A DNA stretch of 64,000 nt from the IMG/VR virus record IMGVR_UViG_2816332632_000001, positions 1 to 64,000 of that record; one strand, given 5' to 3'. Source of the DNA: a virus. Lineage: Duplodnaviria; Caudoviricetes. The stretch's first letter is position 1, and each line of letters starts with the position of its first letter. Positions 58,172 through 64,000 of this stretch are shown here, one piece after another. The position numbers and the translations under genes were made by a program. The notes under the pieces are model-generated. The model saw only the letters and a list, made by a program, of their open reading frames with translations. It was not told the DNA's origin and did no database searches.

Positions 58172-58506
58172 GCGCACTGCCCACGGTACCCGAGTCCACC
58201 GTCTACCCAGCGAGCGTCGTCTCCGACCCGGATCTTGCGCGGCACCTCGCCCTGCGCGAGAACTCGGACCGCCTCGCAGAAGCGTCGAGGCGAGCAGGGA
58301 TTCTCGCCCGCTTTGAGCGCAAAGAACTAGACCCCGAGACCGTCCGGGGGATCGCGAACTCGACATCCCACTTCCGCGACGTCGCCAACCTCATCATCAA
58401 GGGTACGAAGCCCGGCCGAGAGCAGACTCTCGCGCTCACCGCCCTCGAGGAGGCGAAGTTCTGGACCAACCAGAGCATCGCAATGAACGGGGTGATGTCC
58501 AAGTGA
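58168..58506 (+). CDS. Acb2/Tad1-like helical hairpin protein
   Basis: PGREQTLALTALEEAKFWTNQSIA. Confidence 0.7.
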   Translation: MSALPTVPESTVYPASVVSDPDLARHLALRENSDRLAEASRRAGILARFERKELDPETVRGIANSTSHFRDVANLIIKGTKPGREQTLALTALEEAKFWTNQSIAMNGVMSK

Positions 58507-58982
58507 GCGCCCGCACCAAACTCGCCGCCGCCCAGGAGCAGATCAAGAACCTCCAGGATTCGCTCGCCCAGGAACGCGCGGAGGTCAAGTACCTCCAGGC
58601 CGTCGCCGAGCAGGAGAAGGTCGAGGCGAAGCGGAAGGCGGATACTGCCAAGAGCCTGCACGCGGTTTCGCACGGACTCGGCGGCTACGCAGGGGGTGGC
58701 ATCACCTTCACCGCGCCCGACCTGTCGCCCCGAGTGAAGAAGCTGGAGACGCTGCTCAGCGACATCCTCACCCTCGAGCCGCACCTCAAGCACTACCGCA
58801 CCGAGCCGACCGTGACCAGTCCGTGGGGCTCAAACGCCGACTGGGACTACGACCGCGTGCACCGCGCCGCCGAGCACCTGCGCAGCATCGACGCGCTCGA
58901 GTCGGTCGGCTACACGGACGCCGCGCCGCTCCCCGACAACGTGACGCCGCTGTTCCCGCCCGACCGGGACTGCTGCGCGTGA
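58503..58982 (+). CDS. Coiled-coil hypothetical protein
   Basis: Coupled ORF. Confidence 0.6.
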   Translation: MSARTKLAAAQEQIKNLQDSLAQERAEVKYLQAVAEQEKVEAKRKADTAKSLHAVSHGLGGYAGGGITFTAPDLSPRVKKLETLLSDILTLEPHLKHYRTEPTVTSPWGSNADWDYDRVHRAAEHLRSIDALESVGYTDAAPLPDNVTPLFPPDRDCCA

Positions 58983-59023
58983 CGCGCATTAAGCAGCTAA
59001 TCCACCAACCACAAGGAGGCCCC

Positions 59024-59434
59024 ATGAAACTCAGAACCAAGATCGCCACCGCAGTCCTCGCGGCCACCGCCGCCGGATGGGCACTCACCGGCGCGGCGTG
59101 CGCCAGCGACGCCGACACCGCAAGCCAGAACATCGCCACCGCCGCCGAGCAGTTCGAGGTGCAGCGCACCATCGTCGGCATCAACGGCATCACCGGGAAG
59201 ACGACCTTCTTCGCTGAGGGACGATGCTCGTTCGAGAACTCGGGTCGGCGCTTCGACGTGACCTGCAAGTACGGCCCGAACGAATACCGCAAGCACGTGT
59301 TCATCATGGGCGACCAGGACTCGGTCTCGGTGACCCAGGAGCACGCGATCGACGTCAGCGTCTACCACACGCGCGTCGTCCTCAAGCCCGAAAGCCTCCT
59401 GCCCGAGTTCGACCTCCAGGTTGGCAAGCAGTGA
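59024..59434 (+). CDS. Conserved phage lipoprotein
   Basis: Signal peptide ending at Cys; SQNIATAAEQFEVQR...NGIT...EGRCS. Confidence 0.75.
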   Translation: MKLRTKIATAVLAATAAGWALTGAACASDADTASQNIATAAEQFEVQRTIVGINGITGKTTFFAEGRCSFENSGRRFDVTCKYGPNEYRKHVFIMGDQDSVSVTQEHAIDVSVYHTRVVLKPESLLPEFDLQVGKQ

Positions 59435-60034
59435 CGACAGCAGCGCAGGCCGCGCAAATCCTCGCCCTCCCCCTCGACCCCGAGGAGAACGACGCCGAAG
59501 CTTCGACTGTCGGAGAGTACCTCGGCGCAATCCTCAAGGCCCTTCTGGTTGAGCAGGAATGCTTCAGCGGGAAGCGCCCGCTCGGCAACTCCGGCTGGGA
59601 GGGGCCGCTCGAGGACGCACTCGACGGGGCTGGCTACGAGTGGTCAGCCCTGCACGCGGCCGCCGTGCTCGGGCTGGGTGGCGAGCGATGAGCGCCACCC
59701 GCCAGGTCGAGCGCCGCGGCGTCGGCTTCCTCACCCTCCTCACCCTGCTGTTCATCGCCCTCAAGCTGCTCGGCGTCATCGCCTGGTCGTGGCTCTGGGT
59801 GCTCTCGCCGCTGTGGATTCCGAGTGTCCTCGTTCTGGTGGCCGCGGTCATTATCCTCGTCGTCTACGTGCTGGTCGGCAAGAAGCGGGGGCGTCGATGA
59901 TCGCGCCCCTGGCCGCCTTCGTTGGCGGGATAGTCGTCGGCGTCATCGTCACCGGCGGCGCCTGGTACGGGTGGTTCATCAGCACCTTCGGCCCGGCAGA
60001 CGAACAGGACATCGACCGGAAGGAGCAGGCATGA
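59431..60034 (+). other. Three small coupled genes (59431-59691, 59688-59900 membrane, 59897-60034 membrane)
   Basis: 4-bp overlaps; FSGKRPLGNSGW; LKLLGVIAWSWLWVLSPLWI. Confidence 0.6.
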
Positions 60035-60507
60035 GCAACGAGCAGGAAATCCTCGACGAGCACCACAACGCCATCGTCAACGGGGCGCTCGACGAGGTGC
60101 AGAACCAGATCGACAAGTGGGGCGTCCAGCACCACCCGGACGGCACCGGCTCCGAGTCGGACAAGAGACTCGCAGATGTCGCGAAAGCGCTCACCGACAA
60201 CGCCGCCAAGCACGGCGGCCTCACCTGGAAGCTGATCCTGGATGAGGAGGTCAAGGAGGCGTTCGCCGAGTCGAACGCGGTCAGTCTCCGCGCCGAACTC
60301 GAACAGGTGGCCGCCGTAGCGATCTCGTGGATTCGCGACCTCGACAACCGCCCGAAGGAGGGTGCTCCTCGGGAGCCGCACTACCGCACCTACGGGCGCG
60401 CGGGCGGAGTCAGTGAGGTCTACATCGCCGCAGACGGGACCGCGAACCTCACCGAGGAACTCCTGCACGATCTCATGATCCGTGCTGGCTTCGAGGAACT
60501 CGCGTGA
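60031..60507 (+). CDS. MazG-like NTP pyrophosphohydrolase
   Basis: QIDKWG, ILDEEVKEA, RAELEQVAAVA. Confidence 0.72.
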   Translation: MSNEQEILDEHHNAIVNGALDEVQNQIDKWGVQHHPDGTGSESDKRLADVAKALTDNAAKHGGLTWKLILDEEVKEAFAESNAVSLRAELEQVAAVAISWIRDLDNRPKEGAPREPHYRTYGRAGGVSEVYIAADGTANLTEELLHDLMIRAGFEELA

Positions 60508-60619
60508 TCCACGCAGCCGCCGCACCCACCGGCGAGGAGGTCGGGACGTGCATCGTCCTCCTCCTCGCCCTGGTGGCGCTCGTCTTCCTCAACAACCGAC
60601 CGAAAGGACCGCGACCAGC

Positions 60620-60784
60620 ATGACGAAGACCATCATCAGACTCGACGCCAAGAGCCGCCTCTCCGTCGGCCGCTACACCGAACTCGAGCCCGGCTCGTAC
60701 TTCCGCATCGAGAAGGCCGAAGGCGGCACGCTTACCCTCACGCCGGTCCCGGTCGAGGCCCCTGAAACCGAGGTGGCTGCATGA
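60620..60784 (+). CDS. AbrB/SpoVT-like small DNA-binding protein
   Basis: IRLDAKSRLSV...GTLTLTPV. Confidence 0.6.
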   Translation: MTKTIIRLDAKSRLSVGRYTELEPGSYFRIEKAEGGTLTLTPVPVEAPETEVAA

Positions 60785-61625
60785 GCCAGACGAAACGCGT
60801 CGGCCTCCGGCGCATTCTCCCGACGGTCATCAACTCGCACATGTTCCGCGCAGAGCTCAATCGGGCGATCGACGAGCTTGAGCAGCACGAGGCCAAGACG
60901 GGCGAGCAGATCATCTGGGCGACGATCGACCTTGAAATCGAAGAGGACCAGATCGACGACCGCACGTTCGCCGGCATGGATGCCGAGGTGTCCGTGCTGC
61001 GCTCCCTGCGATTCGGGGCGTACGCCACCGTCCCCGGAGGTGAGGATGAGTAACCGCGCCGCGCTCATCGCGCTCATCCTCGCGTACTGGACGTGCCGCG
61101 CCCTGGCGGCCGCCAGCATCTTCGGCACGCTGACATTCCTGGCCGTCTACGTAGCGACCGGCCAGCCGCAGTTTGGCTACGCGGCGGTGGTCTGCATCGG
61201 TTCGATGGTCGGCTTCGTCATTGCGGGTGCCGTCGCGCAGAATTGGGCTCGCGCATGACGATCACGACCGGAGACTACGTGACCATCGGCCGCAACAAGC
61301 TCACGTGGCGCGTCATTCGGATCGTCGACGGCGTGGCCCAACTCGCCTCCGGCAACTCCAGCCGCCACCGCTTCGAGCACGTGGTCCGTCTCCGACTCTT
61401 CGGCGTGGGAGGCGAGAAATGACCGCCAACATGCGCTACGGCTCCGCGGACATGCTCATCGCCCAGGCCGGAATCGACCCGAACACAGTTTCGACACTCG
61501 GCGTGACCGCACAAGGGTACTGGGAGCCGCAGGGGCGGCGCGGAGACGCCGAGTGCTTCGTATGGCGCTCATGGCCAAGCCAGCAGATCGGTTCCGAGAT
61601 CTACCAGGCGCTCAACCCACGGTGA
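60781..61625 (+). other. Small coupled hypothetical genes
   Basis: 60781-61053, 61046-61258 (membrane), 61255-61422, 61419-61625. Confidence 0.55.
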
Positions 61626-61736
61626 GGGACGACGACTATCCCGAACTTGGCTCCGGCGAGGTCGAATTTACCGAGGGCCGCACCATCATCCACTTCGGGA
61701 GCCCCGCTGGCTCCCAATTCACAGACAGGAGTAACA

Positions 61737-62651
61737 ATGAGCACTCAAAAAGGACTGGTCTACGTCGCTGGGCCCATGACGGGCTATCCGGGATTCAACT
61801 TCCCGGCCTTCGACGCGGCCACGAAGGCGCTGCGCGAGGATGGGTGGTGGCCGATCAACCCCGCCGACCACGACCGGGCGATGGGGTTCACCGGTGAGGG
61901 GATGACCGGCGCCGAGGATCTCCAGGAGCGCGGCTTCAACCTCGCGGAGGCTCTCCTCTGGGATCTCCAGAAGGTTGCCGAGGCGAACGCCATTTACCTT
62001 CTCGAGGGGTGGCGGGAGTCGAAGGGCGCACGCGCCGAGCACGCTCTGGCAGTTGCTCTCGGCAAGGAGATCATCGAACAGCCCGGAAAGCGCCTCCTTG
62101 GCTTCGGCGGTCGGCTCGCGAGCGGGAAGGATGCTCTTGCGGACCACCTCGTGGAGACCGCCGGCTACGTCAAGATCGGCATGAGCGACGCGCTCAACCA
62201 CGCACTACTAACCCTCGACCCGATCATCGACCAGGACGGCCAGTGGGTGCAGCGATACTCGGATGTCATCGAGGAACGCGGCTACGTCGACGCCAAGAAG
62301 CACCCCGAGGTTCGCCGACTCCTCCAGGTGCTCGGCACTGAGGTCGGTCGCGAGATGATCGACGTCGACGTATGGGTCAAGATCAGCGAGCGAATGATCC
62401 GCTCGCTGCTCGCCAACGGCAAGAAGGTCATCATCACCGGCGTCCGGTATCCCAATGAGGTCGATCTCATCGAGCGCCTCGGCGGAAGAACAGTGTGGGT
62501 GGAGCGCCCTAGCGACAGCGCCAGCAAATCCATCCACATCTCCGAATCGTCCGTCCTCCCCCGAGACTTCCAGCACGTCGTCGATAATGACGGGACGCTC
62601 GAGGATCTCTACCGCAAGGGGGATCGGCTGGTCGAGGGGGTGAACCAGTGA
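61737..62651 (+). CDS. DUF4406 (deoxyribosyltransferase-like) fused to a dNMP kinase
   Basis: VYVAGPMTG...NPA...WRESKGARAE; then GRLASGKD...RRLLQVLGTE...VRYPNE...HISE. Confidence 0.82.
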   Translation: MSTQKGLVYVAGPMTGYPGFNFPAFDAATKALREDGWWPINPADHDRAMGFTGEGMTGAEDLQERGFNLAEALLWDLQKVAEANAIYLLEGWRESKGARAEHALAVALGKEIIEQPGKRLLGFGGRLASGKDALADHLVETAGYVKIGMSDALNHALLTLDPIIDQDGQWVQRYSDVIEERGYVDAKKHPEVRRLLQVLGTEVGREMIDVDVWVKISERMIRSLLANGKKVIITGVRYPNEVDLIERLGGRTVWVERPSDSASKSIHISESSVLPRDFQHVVDNDGTLEDLYRKGDRLVEGVNQ

Positions 62652-62821
62652 GCCCGCAGCAAGTTTCCGAGTTTGCGCCCGCAACTAAGGCGCTCCTCGA
62701 CGGCGAGATCCTGGTGACGATCCTGCGCCCGGTCTCCGGCAACATCCTCGTCGACGTCGGCCACGGGACACTTCTCGTCCCCAGGGAGCGGCTCACGTTG
62801 CTCGCTTAGCTAACTAACGCG

Positions 62822-62850
62822 AAAAGCCCCCGTGAGAACGGGGGCTTTTT
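62822..62850. terminator. Bidirectional terminator
   Basis: AAAAGCCCCCGT-GAGA-ACGGGGGCTTTTT. Confidence 0.85.
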
Positions 62851-62864
62851 CGGGTGGTTCACAG

Positions 62865-63077
62865 TCAGACTGACGCGAGGAACCTCTCGACTCCAATCTC
62901 CAGCGGTTCGAGCAGCCCGAACTCCTTCTTGACGGCGGCGATGAACTCCGCCTTGTCGATCTCGATGCAGAACCCGTGGGCTTCGTCGGCAATGAAGACC
63001 GAATTAGGGAGGCTGCGATGCGTCCCCTCGATCTCGACGACGCGGTCGTGGAAAACGTTCTGCAATCTCATAGTCAT
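62865..63077 (-). CDS. Hypothetical protein
   Basis: 70 aa; AAAGG upstream; ends at the terminator. Confidence 0.6.
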   Translation of the reverse strand: MTMRLQNVFHDRVVEIEGTHRSLPNSVFIADEAHGFCIEIDKAEFIAAVKKEFGLLEPLEIGVERFLASV

Positions 63078-63289
63078 GTCGTTTGGTGGCCTTTCATATC
63101 CCTAGTTATCCCCCGTGCATACGCTCCGGTCTACCTGTGAAAGTTAGCATGGTGGTCCGACACAGGATCGGCTTAAATGCGTTTAATGTGCTTGCCACCC
63201 CCGTACTGGGGGCGATAGCCTGTAGCCGCGGATTAACGGGACGTTGGTATAGTTTCCCGTTGTCTAATGATATTTGAGGAGGTCAACTT

Positions 63290-64000
63290 TTGGCTGCTGG
63301 CACGAAGGCGCAATCCGGTACTGCGCCGCGGGTAACTGGTTACGACACGGACATTAAGTACTACGCGAACCGGTACAAGCAGGGCGGCAGGACGACCTAC
63401 TCGTTGAACCTTTCGCCCCTACAGGTGATCTCGACGATTCATCGCCCGGACCCCAGCCAGGCGACACCCGGCAACCGCGCGATCAATGCGAAGCACGCCC
63501 AAGGATTTGCCAAGTACTTCCGCGAGCACGACTCCTGGGTGGTGCCCGGCATGATTATGCGCGTGGCTGAGCCGTTCGACTTCGAGCTAATCGAAGAGGT
63601 CGAGGGCGCATCCTTCGGAGTCATTTCGTTCCCACGACAGGCGGCCGGAGACATTCACATCCTCGACGGTCAGCACCGCATCCTTGGCTTCTACCTGGCT
63701 AGCGAGCAGATCAACCAGGATCTCGACAAGGCGCGGAATCAGCTTGCAATGGCCCGCCGCGTCGACCCACACGGCGCTGCCGTTCGGGAGGCAGAGAACC
63801 GGATCAAGGAGTTGGAGGCGCAGCGCGCACGTTTCGAGCGGGAGCGCGTGGACCTCACCATCGTGGTCGAGTCCGACCCGGCTGCGTACAAGCAGATGTT
63901 CTTCGACATCGCCGACAATGCCAAGGGGATCAGCGGCTCCGTCAAGGCGCGATTCGACGCCCGCAAGGTCGTCAACCGCTCACTCGAGGCCGTTCTGCTC
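63290..64000 (+). CDS. DGQHR/DndB-family (ParB-like) protein, truncated by the window edge (not in track)
   Basis: TTG after GAGGAGG; open to the edge; NR...HA...YF, IHILDGQHR, QMFFDIADNAK. Confidence 0.85.
   Translation, partial: MAAGTKAQSGTAPRVTGYDTDIKYYANRYKQGGRTTYSLNLSPLQVISTIHRPDPSQATPGNRAINAKHAQGFAKYFREHDSWVVPGMIMRVAEPFDFELIEEVEGASFGVISFPRQAAGDIHILDGQHRILGFYLASEQINQDLDKARNQLAMARRVDPHGAAVREAENRIKELEAQRARFERERVDLTIVVESDPAAYKQMFFDIADNAKGISGSVKARFDARKVVNRSLEAVLL

Larger units (their letters stand above)
11048..64000. mobile_element. Permuted siphovirus-type prophage, continuing beyond the right edge
   Basis: Integrase, tail, lysis and replication modules, tRNAs, shared operator-like motif from 12.3 to 62.8 kb. 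Confidence 0.93.

Noticed and set aside
12292-62817. Palindromes as CRISPR repeats, REP elements or IS ends
   Set aside because: Only 12 bp, dispersed at gene boundaries, with no regular spacers and no transposase
63290-64000. Phosphorothioate (dnd) system
   Set aside because: Only a DGQHR domain is visible; no dndC/D/E in the window

Overview
High-GC actinobacterial DNA (probably Microbacteriaceae-like) made of two abutting mobile elements. Bases 1 to ~11,047 are the right part of an integrative mobilizable element: a C5 DNA methyltransferase with a nested second ORF, a MobF/TrwC relaxase-helicase, a three-gene Lamassu-type (ABC three-component) anti-phage system and a tandem-HTH gene, ending at a tRNA-3'-like remnant (AGGCCCACCA). 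From ~11,048 to beyond the right edge lies a large, circularly permuted siphoviral prophage: integrase/excisionase, neck and tail genes (two major-tail paralogues), lysis genes, a leftward replication arm, a candidate cos region near 56.6 kb, tRNAs and many small genes. Head and terminase genes are not in the window. The prophage carries a likely anti-defence kit: NARP1-type NAD+ reconstitution, Pnk/RNA ligase, an Acb2/Tad1-like sponge, a MazG-like protein and an MTase. The most unusual signals are (i) a tRNA-shaped RNA with alanine identity (G3.U70, A73, CCA) but a 19-nt anticodon loop; (ii) about 25 copies of a 12-bp palindrome (TTAGCTAGCTAA), often paired 21-22 bp apart and doubling as LAA/LAS-stop codons; (iii) about 18 phage proteins ending in an ssrA-like Ala-Ala; (iv) an uncalled 51-aa ORF under a perfect SOS box; (v) an uncalled 26-aa peptide resembling the ribonucleotide-reductase C-terminal CxxC tail; (vi) an apparent ATA start for the primase; and (vii) a DGQHR/DndB (ParB-like) gene at the right edge. 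All family calls come from reading motifs by eye; no searches were run.
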